The notes under the pieces: model-generated
Told to the model about the DNA's origin: nothing
Database searches by the model: none
The model's input: the letters and a program-made list of their open reading frames with translations, nothing else
Shown here: positions 28,452 to 37,959 of the stretch, in pieces
How the letters are laid out: the number at the start of each line of letters is the position of its first letter
Position numbering within the stretch: the stretch's first letter is position 1
Position numbers and translations under genes: made by a program
From: Candidatus Latescibacterota bacterium
GTDB lineage: Bacteria > Latescibacterota > UBA2968 > UBA8231
Direction of reading: 5' to 3'
Assembly: GCA_965208105.1 (NCBI GenBank)
Contig: OZ242318.1
Location: forward strand, 128,001-192,000
DNA: 64,000 bases

Positions 28452-29975
28452 ATGCGCTCAGTATTCGCCTTGACAATTCTGCTGGCTGCTCCCCTTCATG
28501 CCCAGTTGAGCCTTTCGACCTTGACCGAGGCCCAGGCCGGCGACCTTCCCGGGGCAGGGTCCAGGGGCCTGCGCACAATCTACCATCAGTTTAGTCTCGA
28601 CTATGCCCTCGCCGGTCTCCGCGTCGGGGTCCGCGGCGAGACCTTCGGCGCCAGCTCCGCCAGGCGCAGCTACGGCCAGTTTCTCCAGCGCTTCGCCACC
28701 TACGGCCGGGGACCATTTCAGGCCACCGTCGGACATTTCTATACGATTGTCGGGAGCGGTCTCCTCGCCCACGCCTTCGAGCTTCCGGGGGTCATCACCG
28801 AGGATCGGGGCACCCGCCGCCGCTACCAGATCGTTCGCGACCTCGAAGGCGTGCAGCTGCGCTACCGCGCCCGCGGCGCCGAGGTGATGCTCCTGCGCGG
28901 GTCGCCGGTGAACAGCAACCTTGCCCCCGGCCTGGAGGGGGTCGACCGCCGACCGGACGACCTCCAGGGCGGCTCGCTCCAGCTCAAGCCGCACCCTCAC
29001 TTCGACACCGGGTTCAGCGTGGTCGGCTACGACATCGGGGGGCACCGGGAAACCGGAGGGGCATTCAACGCCCGATGGAGGGCGGCCCCGATGCTTGCCC
29101 GCCTCGGTCTCGGGGGAACCTACCTCGATCTCAGCCTCGTCTACGCCCGTCGCGATTTGTCCCTCGATCGCTTCTTCAACTTCGACCGCAACCAGGGCCG
29201 AGCCCTGTACCTGGCCGCGACCACGACCTCCGGGTCCTTGGGCTTGAGCCTGGAATACAAAGACTACCGGGATTTCGCCCTCGAGCACATCAACAATCCA
29301 CCGCCCCTGATCCGCGAGCACTCGGCCTATCTCCTCAACCGCAACACCCACGACCTGCTCGCCGACGACGAGGAGGGCTACCAGGCCGAGCTGAGCTACT
29401 CCCTTCCGGGGGGACAGATCCTGACGGCCAACGCAACCCGCGCCACCCGGCGCCGGGGCCCGGGACCGGACGACGACAAGGAGCTGCGCGAGTTCTTCGT
29501 GCAGATCGATTCACCCCTGGGCCAGAATGCCGAGGTGCAGATAATCGCCGACTACAGCCACAACCAGATTCTCATCGACGAGAAAAGCCGCTTCATGGGC
29601 ACCAACTGGACCTGGTCTCCGGACGGACTCCACTCCATCGGTCTCGACGTCCAGTTCCAGGACGTGGACCGGAGTCTGGGGACCCTGGTCTTACCCTACA
29701 CCAACCAATTCCTTGGCCTGGAGGTCCACCGCTCACCTGGTCTCTCCGCCGCGGTGCAGGTGCAGCGCAGCTCAGACGAGCTGGAGACCGGGGCGCATCC
29801 CTCGGGCGTCACCTGGTGGCGCGGCCTCAATCTGGGTGCGGATGTGGGAGAGGGCCATAGCCTCAATGTATTCGCCGGACAGCGGCGCTCCGGCCTGGCC
29901 TGCACCGCAGGCATCTGCTACGAGGTCCTGGGGTTCGAGGGGGTGGAGGTCCGGCTGCTCAATCGCTTCTTCTGA
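28452..29975 (+). CDS. DUF6029-like outer-membrane beta-barrel protein
   Basis: Signal peptide, VGHFY...GSGL, LEYKDY, NNPPPLIREH, E.GYQ, C-terminal G.RRSGLACTAGICY...FEGVE..L.NRFF. Confidence 0.65.
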   Translation: MRSVFALTILLAAPLHAQLSLSTLTEAQAGDLPGAGSRGLRTIYHQFSLDYALAGLRVGVRGETFGASSARRSYGQFLQRFATYGRGPFQATVGHFYTIVGSGLLAHAFELPGVITEDRGTRRRYQIVRDLEGVQLRYRARGAEVMLLRGSPVNSNLAPGLEGVDRRPDDLQGGSLQLKPHPHFDTGFSVVGYDIGGHRETGGAFNARWRAAPMLARLGLGGTYLDLSLVYARRDLSLDRFFNFDRNQGRALYLAATTTSGSLGLSLEYKDYRDFALEHINNPPPLIREHSAYLLNRNTHDLLADDEEGYQAELSYSLPGGQILTANATRATRRRGPGPDDDKELREFFVQIDSPLGQNAEVQIIADYSHNQILIDEKSRFMGTNWTWSPDGLHSIGLDVQFQDVDRSLGTLVLPYTNQFLGLEVHRSPGLSAAVQVQRSSDELETGAHPSGVTWWRGLNLGADVGEGHSLNVFAGQRRSGLACTAGICYEVLGFEGVEVRLLNRFF

Positions 29976-29977
29976 TT

Positions 29978-30787
29978 TCACCTGAGGAGGAGGAGCTTGC
30001 GGACTTCCGCGCCCTGGTCCCAGCGCAGCCGGTAGAGATAGACCCCGCTGGTTGCCGGTCGTCCCTCCTGGTCGCGGCCGTCCCAGCGCAGCGCGAACCT
30101 TCCGGGCTGGCTGGGTCCTTTGACCAGCAGCGCAACGGGCTGGCCGAGCAGATTGAAGATCCCCAGCTCGACCTGGGCAGGGTGCGGCAGCTCGAAGCGG
30201 ATCACGGTTTCGCTGTTGAACGGGTTGGGCGCGTTCTGCGCAAGCGAAAAGGACAGGGGGATGGATGCCTCGATGTCTTCCACCGCCGTATCATCTATTT
30301 CCTCCAGGGCCTGGGCTATCTCGCCGCGGAGAATGTCCCAACCCACAAGGGAGTTGACCTTGTAGCTGAAAATGCCCTCGTGGTCGATGACGGCGAAGCT
30401 CTGGTACCCCAGACCATAGTTTGCCGACATTCCACTGGCGTTGAGGAGAAAGGGCATGGTCACCCCCTTGCCGGCGCGCCAGAGCGACCGCACCTGTTTT
30501 GCGGTGCCGTCCCACGCGTCGGCCCCCAGGGCCACGAAGGGTTGGTCGGAAAATTCCTGCCAGATCTGCTCGAATCCCTCGGCACGCGAGAGACAGGTTC
30601 CTCAGTTGTATCCCAGGAAGAAGATCAGCACCACCTTGCCGCGGAAATCGCCGAGCGCCGCCTGGCCGCCGTCGAGGCGGTTCAAAAGGAAGTCCGGGGC
30701 CGCCTCTCCAACCTGCGGCACCTGGGCGTCGAGGGCCGAAGTCCCCAACACCGCCAGGCTCGCCAAAAGCACTAAACACTTTTTCAT
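29978..30787 (-). CDS. Exported thioredoxin-fold selenoprotein (UxxC) with C-terminal FlgD-Ig/T9SS-like sorting domain
   Basis: AAGGAGG RBS, ATG 30787, signal peptide, QVGEAAPDF.L...GKVVLIFFLGYN-TGA(30604-30602)-GTC; the frame continues into LAQNAPNPFNSET..SGVYLYRL..RKLLLLR. Confidence 0.8.
30572..30601 (-). promoter_or_regulatory. Candidate bacterial SECIS hairpin
   Basis: After UGA: GGAACCUGU-CUCUCG-loop CGUGC-CGAGGG-AUUC; 6-bp stem with G in the apical loop. Confidence 0.5.
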
Positions 30788-31659
30788 GGTGCACCTCCTT
30801 GGTTTAGCCGTACGAACTTCTGGATGCGGTGGTCGGTTTGCACCTCCCCCACGTAAAGGTCGCCCCCGGAGTTCATCCATATGCCATGGGGACATCCCGC
30901 AAATTCTCCCGGTTCGTCGATGCGCTCGCCGGCGCCCCAATGGCTCAACAGCTCCCCCTCGAGATTGAGAACGCTCACCCGCTGGTCGAGTTCCGCGACA
31001 TAGACCGTGTCGCCGTCGAGGAAGATGGTGTCGGGATGGTGGGAGAATGCCCACTCTTCGAGATAGTTCCCCTCTGTGTCGAAGAGCTGAATGCGGTTGT
31101 TGGCCCGGTCCGCAACCATAAGGCGGCCGCGGCAATCGCAGCGCACGCAGTGGGGCAGGTCGAACTCGCCCGGACCTGCGCCCGGACGGCCCCAGGTCTT
31201 GATCCAGGCGCCCTCGGGGGAATACTTGTGGATGCAGGCATTGCCGTAGCCGTCGGAGACGTAGATGAAGCCTTCGGCATCGAGGGTCAGGTCGGTGGGA
31301 AGGCGAAATGGCTCGCCTTCCGCGCCCTGCCGGCCCGGGGTTCCCAGGGTCAGGAGCAGCTCGCCGTGGCGGGTGAACTTGCGCACGCAGTGAGTCTCGC
31401 GCTCGACGCACCAGACCTGGTCCTGATGGTCGATGAAGATCCCGTGCGCGTCCTCGAGAACTTCTTCGCCCCACGAGGCCAGAAAACGGCCCTCGCGGTC
31501 GAAGACCACCAGGGGATGCTCGCTGCGGCTGTAGACGTAGACCCGGTCCTCGGAGTCGCAGGCCACCGCGGGGATCCAGCCGAAGCGCCAGCCCGCGGGC
31601 AGTTGAAACCAATCCTGCTGCACCTCGTAGGTGAACCTTCCGCTGCCAACCATGGACAT
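30784..31659 (-). CDS. NHL-repeat beta-propeller (peptidyl-alpha-hydroxyglycine lyase-like)
   Basis: VFDREGRFLASWG, AHGI, F.LPTD, YVSDGYGN, GEFDLPH, VADRANNRIQLF; stop overlaps the selenoprotein start. Confidence 0.88.
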   Translation of the reverse strand: MSMVGSGRFTYEVQQDWFQLPAGWRFGWIPAVACDSEDRVYVYSRSEHPLVVFDREGRFLASWGEEVLEDAHGIFIDHQDQVWCVERETHCVRKFTRHGELLLTLGTPGRQGAEGEPFRLPTDLTLDAEGFIYVSDGYGNACIHKYSPEGAWIKTWGRPGAGPGEFDLPHCVRCDCRGRLMVADRANNRIQLFDTEGNYLEEWAFSHHPDTIFLDGDTVYVAELDQRVSVLNLEGELLSHWGAGERIDEPGEFAGCPHGIWMNSGGDLYVGEVQTDHRIQKFVRLNQGGAP

Positions 31660-31953
31660 TGACCGAGTCTCCGTTTCACTTGGTGGGTTTTGGTGGGTTG
31701 AAGAGTAAAATACCAGAAAAGGTCGGACCGTGCCAATCCCGCCGACCGGCACCAGGGGTCGGGCGCCTCTCCTTGCTTCCCGGAACCCGCTGATCGGCAC
31801 CGAGGGGAATGCCCGGTCTCTGTTAGAACCCAATCGGGATCTGGGGAAAAGCAGGACTGTCCCAGGATCGAGATTGCCTGGCCAGGTTGCGCCTCGCCTC
31901 CGGGAATTCTATTTTGGATTCGCAGGAAGTCAGGTACCCCCACCGAAAGGAAC

Positions 31954-32694
31954 ATGAGAATGGCAGACAAGACGGAAGCTGTTGCGCAACACCGCCTTCA
32001 GGGACGCGGACCGGATATCTGGCTGGCTGGCGACCCCGATGATCTGCAGGAGTGGATGCCCCTGGGACCGGCCGGCATCGTCACCAACACCGTCGTGATC
32101 AACCAGCTGATGCCCAAGTACGGGCAGGTGGTACACCTCATCGAGCGCTATCTGGCCATTACCGACAAGCCGGTGGTGGTCGAGATCGACGGCCACAGCA
32201 CCGAGGAACTGCTCGAGGTCGGGCACGTCTTCACCGCGATGTCCGAACGCGTCATCCTCAAAATTCCCTGCACCCTCGACGGTCTGGCTGCTTTCCGGGC
32301 CCTTTCCGACGAGGGCGTCGAGACCTTCTGCACCACGGTCTTCTCCCTCTCCCAGGCCGCCGTCGTCGCCCAGGCCGGCGTCGACCACATTCTTCCCTTT
32401 TGCGAGCCGGTCAAGGAGATGGGCGGCGATCCCACCAGGCTGGTGCGCGAATGCGCCGCCATGTTCCGCGGCTGGGAGCGGCGCCCCTACATCATGGCCG
32501 CCCTGGTGCGCTCGGTGGAGACGGCCTACGCGGCTCTGCGCGACGGCGCCGACGAGATCGTCATCTTCTGGGAGGTCTACCGGGACATGATGCAGCACCC
32601 CCTGACCGATACCTGGAACAAGATCTTCATGGACGAGTGGGTCGCCATGCACGAGGCGGGCCAGTTGCAGGGGCTTCCTGTAAAGCTGGATTGA
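31954..32694 (+). CDS. Transaldolase/fructose-6-phosphate aldolase family protein (divergent)
   Basis: GIVTN, VVVE, VILKIP (Schiff-base Lys), T.VFS..QA...AQAG, PF, HPLTD. Confidence 0.8.
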   Translation: MRMADKTEAVAQHRLQGRGPDIWLAGDPDDLQEWMPLGPAGIVTNTVVINQLMPKYGQVVHLIERYLAITDKPVVVEIDGHSTEELLEVGHVFTAMSERVILKIPCTLDGLAAFRALSDEGVETFCTTVFSLSQAAVVAQAGVDHILPFCEPVKEMGGDPTRLVRECAAMFRGWERRPYIMAALVRSVETAYAALRDGADEIVIFWEVYRDMMQHPLTDTWNKIFMDEWVAMHEAGQLQGLPVKLD

Positions 32695-32840
32695 AGGGGA
32701 AAGGTTCCGGCGGGGCATTGGCGGGCCAGGCAGGTGCCGGGCTCCGGAGTTGATCGGCTGCATGGATCACCAGGTAGGGGTCAACCCGGGGCAAAAGCAG
32801 TCAGCATCGTCCGCATCCCTTCTGCATTCAGGGGCTGATT

Positions 32841-35800
32841 TCAGCCATCCCTCCGCGTTATCTCCACAACTTGGGCACCGACCTTCTCGAACATGTCCAC
32901 GATGGTTCGATGACAGGTGAAGACCAGCACCTGGTTGGTCTGCGCCAGCTCCGAGAAAGCCTGTGCGGCCAGGCGGGCGCGCTCGGAGTCGAAGTTCACC
33001 AGGGCTTCGTCAACGACCACGGGAAGCCGCTCGGCGTGTTCGCCGAACTCCCGGATCAGTCCGAAGCGCAGGGCCAGGTAGAGCTGCTCGCGGGTGCCGC
33101 GGCTGAGCTCGGCGGGCTGTTTGTCACCTCCGTCGGCGGCGGTTACTGTAATGGTCTGCTCGCCGATGGGGACGTAGAGGCGCTGATAGCGGTCTCCGGT
33201 GATTCTGGAGAAGGAGGCCTGGGCATGCCGGATGACGCTGGGCTGGCGTTCCCGCTCGAACTTCTTCTGCGTCCTTTCCAGCAGGGCCTCGGCGAGGGTG
33301 AGCCGCGACCACTCGCCGGCGTGTTCCAGCAGTTGCTCCTGCAGGGCGCTGCGGCGGATGCGCAGGGCCGACGATTCTTCTTCGCTTGACAGTTGCATCA
33401 GCTCGGTGTCAATGCCGCCGCGCTCTTCCCGCAGCCCGTTGCACCGATTTTCGACTTCGCCCATACTCTCCGACAGCCGGGCGGATTCTTCCCGCATCCG
33501 GTTGGGGTCCGAGGTTGCCATCGAGTCGCAATAGGCGCCGAACCTGTCGGCGGGCCCGCTGATGCGCTCCAGGCCGCGGCGGTGCTCAGCCCGCTGCCGC
33601 TCCAGTTTCAGCCTCTCTTCATGCTGCCGCGCGCGGCGGCGAAACTCCTCGGGGTTGTCGCTGCCTCCCGCGGCCAGCAGTTCGGCTAGCACCTGCTCCT
33701 CTGATTGCAAACGCCGCTGCCGGTTTTCCAACAGTTGCCGGAGCTCATTCTCCAGTTTCCTGGCCTGTTCCCTGTGGGAAACCGCCGCTTGAGTCTCTTC
33801 ATACTGCCCGATGAGCTCGTCGGCAACGGAGGCCAGTTGGCCCAGGTCGTCAGGGTTGAGCGGCAGGCCGTGCCGCCGGGAAAGCGGCTCCACCTGCTCG
33901 CGGAACTCCTGGATGTCTTTTTCGATGGCCGCCACCCGGTCGCGCATGCGGCGGGCTTCGGCCAGGGAGCTGCGGGTGGTTTCGACGCGGGCGAGAAAGG
34001 TGGCCATGGCCTCCGGGGTCAATGACTGGTCCAGACGGCGCTCTCCGAGCCAGTTCCTCCATTCCTGCTGAATTTCCTGCGAAGACGCTTTCCCCTCTTC
34101 CTGATTCTGGACTGCGGTTTCCACCCGCTTTTCCTGCGCCTTCTCCCGGCGGCAGGCGTCCTCTACCCTCACCCTGGCCGCGTTCCACGAATCCAGCGCG
34201 TCTCGAGCGGTTTCCTGGTGAGCTTCCACCGAATCCAGGGCGGCGGCGTCCGGTTGCTCTGCAAGGTTTAGAGCAGCCGCCGATTTCAGCAGCGCCTGGC
34301 GCGCAGTTTCCGCCGCGGCTTCCTCGTCCGCAATCCGCTGGCGTATGGCGCTGGTCATTGGAGACCGCGCCGAACCAGGTACGGTCCTTCCTGCGAACCA
34401 AAGCACGGCCGCTGCGGCCACCAGGACCAACCCGGAGACCATTCCCATGAGCATGGAATCTCCGCCACGCAGCAATCCGCCTGTAAACAGCAGAATCCCT
34501 GTCAGCACGAGGCCGATTAGGAGAAGAGGATGTGGCCGCCCCCCGGCCCTTGCTGGGGTTTCCATGCTGGCTGCCAGGGCATCTTCCTGACCTTGCAGGT
34601 TTTGGAGGTTCTGGCGTCGTCTCTCGTACTCTGCCAATCGCCCCCTGGTGGCGCGCAGGTGGTCCTGACCTTCCCTGAGCGGCTTGTCGTCCAGGGGCGG
34701 CGGTTCCCGGGGCAGCTTGTCCCGGGCTTCCCGGGTTTCCTCCTGGCGGTCCTGCAGCGCTCGACACTCCTGCTCCAGTTGAAGCTGCGCTTGCCGGGCG
34801 CGTTCGTCGCTTTCGGTTACCTGCAGCCTCCAGCGGTCCACCTGGTTGCGCACCGGGAGGGAGGCATCGAAAGACAGCAGTTCGGTTTCGTCCCAGCCGT
34901 GTCCCAGGTCGGTTAGGTTGTTGGCGAAGTCGGCTTCCATTCCCCGCAGCTCCCCCTGGCGTTCCGGCAGGTCGCGGACGGAGTTGTCGAAGCTGCTGCG
35001 GGCCCGGCGGATTGATTCAACGCGCTCGCGGTCATCCAGCAACTCTTCTCCGGATATTTCCTCGGCTGCGGCTTCGCTGGCAAGCCGGAGTTGGTCAGCG
35101 GCTTCGTCCCGGTCGACACGGGCTTGCCGATCCCGATCCTCCAGGCTGTCCAGGCGGGGGATGGGGTCGTCCGGGAAGTCAACGTGCCGGGGCAGATCCC
35201 TCAGTCGCCTTTCGCAGTCCGAGAACGCCACCCAGTCGTCCCAGCCGTCAAGCCGGCGGTCGATTCCGTCGAGCTCGGCCTTGAGTCGGGTGAGCTCGGC
35301 GTCGGCGTCGCGCAGCTCCGCTTCAATCCCGGACTTGCGGGCGGTCAACCGGGGGTAGCGTTCGGCGTTTCCCCCGATGTCCCGAAGTTGCTCGTCGATG
35401 TCCCTCAGCATGCCGAGCAGTCCGGGGACGGCCCGATCGGTGCCGCGGCCCCGGCTCAGGTAGATCGTGTCCTTGCGGTCTCTGAGGGCCTTCCAGAGCG
35501 CCGGCAGTCCGGGCGCGCCCTGTCCGGCGCTGTATATGGTTCCACTGGAATCGTTGAGCGAAGCGGCCGCCTGCAGCTCATCGAGGCTGAAGGCGAATAC
35601 GTTGTGGAAGAGGTCCCGGCTGGCGTTGCCGGTGAGCCGCTGCAAAACGGCTTCGGGGTGGGATGCGGGTCCGTGCGGAGTGTCGATCTTCAAGCCGCCC
35701 CGCGCGCCGGCGTAGCGTTCAACCAGGTAGGAGACCCCGGCGCCGTCGGACAGTGAGATCCGCCCCCCGTGCCGACCCTCTGCCGGGGGGGGATAATGAT

Positions 35801-35969
35801 TGCCGTATCTGGCCGGAAAACCGAAGAGTATGGCCCGGACGAAGGCCAGCAGAGTGCTTTTCCCTGCTTCATTGGGACCGTAGAAAACCGTCACAGGTCC
35901 CACCAGCGGGCCTATGCTGCGCTGGTAGAAGTGACCGAAGCCGTCCAGGTAGAACTCTTCTATTCTCAC
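32841..35969 (-). CDS. YhaN-like SMC/SbcC-type ATPase (AAA_27) with long coiled coil and internal TM hairpin
   Basis: GTG start overlapping the upstream stop; YGPNEAGKSTL Walker A, LSRGTREQLYLALR signature, PVVVDEALVNFD Walker B, FTCH. Confidence 0.9.
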   Translation of the reverse strand: MRIEEFYLDGFGHFYQRSIGPLVGPVTVFYGPNEAGKSTLLAFVRAILFGFPARYGNHYPPPAEGRHGGRISLSDGAGVSYLVERYAGARGGLKIDTPHGPASHPEAVLQRLTGNASRDLFHNVFAFSLDELQAAASLNDSSGTIYSAGQGAPGLPALWKALRDRKDTIYLSRGRGTDRAVPGLLGMLRDIDEQLRDIGGNAERYPRLTARKSGIEAELRDADAELTRLKAELDGIDRRLDGWDDWVAFSDCERRLRDLPRHVDFPDDPIPRLDSLEDRDRQARVDRDEAADQLRLASEAAAEEISGEELLDDRERVESIRRARSSFDNSVRDLPERQGELRGMEADFANNLTDLGHGWDETELLSFDASLPVRNQVDRWRLQVTESDERARQAQLQLEQECRALQDRQEETREARDKLPREPPPLDDKPLREGQDHLRATRGRLAEYERRRQNLQNLQGQEDALAASMETPARAGGRPHPLLLIGLVLTGILLFTGGLLRGGDSMLMGMVSGLVLVAAAAVLWFAGRTVPGSARSPMTSAIRQRIADEEAAAETARQALLKSAAALNLAEQPDAAALDSVEAHQETARDALDSWNAARVRVEDACRREKAQEKRVETAVQNQEEGKASSQEIQQEWRNWLGERRLDQSLTPEAMATFLARVETTRSSLAEARRMRDRVAAIEKDIQEFREQVEPLSRRHGLPLNPDDLGQLASVADELIGQYEETQAAVSHREQARKLENELRQLLENRQRRLQSEEQVLAELLAAGGSDNPEEFRRRARQHEERLKLERQRAEHRRGLERISGPADRFGAYCDSMATSDPNRMREESARLSESMGEVENRCNGLREERGGIDTELMQLSSEEESSALRIRRSALQEQLLEHAGEWSRLTLAEALLERTQKKFERERQPSVIRHAQASFSRITGDRYQRLYVPIGEQTITVTAADGGDKQPAELSRGTREQLYLALRFGLIREFGEHAERLPVVVDEALVNFDSERARLAAQAFSELAQTNQVLVFTCHRTIVDMFEKVGAQVVEITRRDG

Positions 35970-37243
35970 CCTTCGTCCTTTTCGTTCACCAGCGCGGCCA
36001 GGCACTCGTACTCGGCGGCGGTCAAGAGTTCCCGGAGCTGGTCGTCCGAGGGCAGATAGTTGCGCAGATAGGGGGCGGCGTTGGAGTTCAGGTAGAGCGG
36101 TCGCAGGGCGTCCCGCAGTTCGTCGAGAGCGCCGGGATCTTTCCGCAGCTCCTCGGCGATGCGGCCCAGGTAGCCGGGGAAGTCCTCGCGCCTCGCCACC
36201 TGCTCGCGGTCCACCGGCGACGCGGTTTCGAGCTGAATACGCTCGCACCAGAGCCAGGGCCGGCCAGCGGCGTACTGCTGGTTCAGCCGCTCCAGAAGGT
36301 CGGCCGTGATTCCTTCACGGCGAAGCTCTCGATGCAGCGTTCCCCGGCCGGTGATGGTCAGACGGAAGACCAAAGAACGGCCTCCGGCACCCTTGGCGCA
36401 GGATGAGGCGGCGGCGTCCATGGCATTCAGCAGTTCCTGCTCCGTATCCAGCCCGGTGATGTCGACTTCCAGGCTTTCCCACCGCACCAGGTCCACCGGG
36501 CGGAACTCGAGGTGCGGCGTGCCGTGGTCGTCCACTTCCACCAGGTAGACGCCGCGCGCTCCTGTTTCGTCGGGACTGCATCCCTGGGGATTGCCGGGAT
36601 AGACCACCGCGGGATGTTCCTGCCGCAGTTCCTGCCGGGTATGGACGTGGCCCAGGGCCCAGTAGTCCATGGGGGAGTTGGCCAGATCGGCCAGGGAGCA
36701 GGGGGCATGTGGGCTGTGGCCAGGGTTGCCGCCGACGTCGGGGTGCAGCAGCCCGATGTTGAACCGGGACCGAGGCAGCTCCCGGAATCTCAGCGCCAGG
36801 TTCTCGTGTACCTCGCGCTGCGGGTAGCTGATGCCGTACACCCTCGCCCGTTCCGGTTCCTCCGGGAACACCGGCTCCCCAGTGACCTCGGGGCCGAAGC
36901 GCACGCAGCCGCCAGGCAGCTCGAACCGCGCTTCCCAGCCGTCCAGCGGGTCGTGGTTGCCGTGGCAGATGAAAGAGCGGACGCCGGCTTCATCCAGGCG
37001 TTTCAGCCCGTCGCCGAATTTCAACTGCGCCCTCAGGCTGCGGTCGGCGCTGTCGTATGCGTCCCCTGCGATGAGCAGCGCGTCGACCTGCTCCTCGATG
37101 CACAGGTCGATGATGTTCGCGTAGGCGTCGAAGGTGGCGCGACAGAGATCGTCCGCAACGTGCTCCGGCGCCTCACGGCTCATGCCGACGAACGGGCTGT
37201 CCAGGTGGAGGTCGGCGGCGTGGACGAACTTGAGTGATGGCAT
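35966..37243 (-). CDS. YhaO/SbcD/Mre11-like metallophosphoesterase nuclease
   Basis: HAADLHLDSP, AGD.YD, GNHD, YWALGHVH, YPGNPQG. Confidence 0.92.
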   Translation of the reverse strand: MPSLKFVHAADLHLDSPFVGMSREAPEHVADDLCRATFDAYANIIDLCIEEQVDALLIAGDAYDSADRSLRAQLKFGDGLKRLDEAGVRSFICHGNHDPLDGWEARFELPGGCVRFGPEVTGEPVFPEEPERARVYGISYPQREVHENLALRFRELPRSRFNIGLLHPDVGGNPGHSPHAPCSLADLANSPMDYWALGHVHTRQELRQEHPAVVYPGNPQGCSPDETGARGVYLVEVDDHGTPHLEFRPVDLVRWESLEVDITGLDTEQELLNAMDAAASSCAKGAGGRSLVFRLTITGRGTLHRELRREGITADLLERLNQQYAAGRPWLWCERIQLETASPVDREQVARREDFPGYLGRIAEELRKDPGALDELRDALRPLYLNSNAAPYLRNYLPSDDQLRELLTAAEYECLAALVNEKDEG

Positions 37244-37429
37244 GGTCGAGGTGGACTTTCCGGGACTGATAGACGGCAGGCCGTCGTCCGATCTATGGGC
37301 CGCAGGTGCCGGCGGGTCTCCAGGTTCCTTGCCGGTGGACACCTTCATCCGGCAGTTTCGGGGCAGCGCCGGGAACACTCGCCGGCGTCCCGCAAGCCCG
37401 GCCCTGGGAAGAACCGGCACGGAGGACAG

Positions 37430-37597
37430 CTAGTGTCCCGCCGCAGAAATATGTCGCCATTATTCCGCCGATCCTTCCCGGCTCACGGCGTTGCCTTCAC
37501 TCGCCGTACACCACTGGTACGACTCGCTCAGGCGCCTTGTGAGCCGGGCGCCTCGGCGGCCCAATTTCGTCAACCTATCTCTGCGGCGGGACACTAG
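37430..37597. mobile_element. 168-bp CTAG-flanked fold-back element, copy B
   Basis: Perfect 18-bp TIR CTAGTGTCCCGCCGCAGA / TCTGCGGCGGGACACTAG; 7 differences from copy A by eye. Confidence 0.9.
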
Positions 37598-37959
37598 CAT
37601 AAAGCAGCCTGGCGGGAGTGGTGTCAAGCTTGCCGCAGGCACTTTCGATGGAATCAGTAATTTGGGAGCCCGGGGACGCGCTGCGGGCGCCGGCCTGGGT
37701 CCGCCGGTCATCGGCAAGACCCCGCGCCGAGGCGATACCCGATATCATTCATCAATGAACGGGTCCACCTGTTGCCGTGCAGGTTTTTTTGCTTAGTTCT
37801 GGTCCTGGCCATGGGGCGTCGGGCGGCGCCGGGGGTTGTCTTCTCCCGCCCTGGGAAATGGACGTGCCCGGAGGTTGCTCCAGGTCGAGGTTATCTCGCG
37901 AACAGGATCCCTCGCACCCGGGAAGTCCGTTCCGCACCCGTTGAACGAGGTCCGAACTC

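Noticed and set aside
30602-31612. 336-aa ORF, and separate 185-aa ORF 29978-30535
   Set aside because: Most of the 336-aa ORF is an off-frame overlap of the NHL gene. Only 30787 onward is real, and it continues through TGA into the second ORF.
31700-31930. Hairpins in intergenic regions (also 19916-19945, 37300-37390, 43190-43325)
   Set aside because: GC-rich imperfect stems without U-tracts, second copies or recognisable motifs; insufficient evidence.
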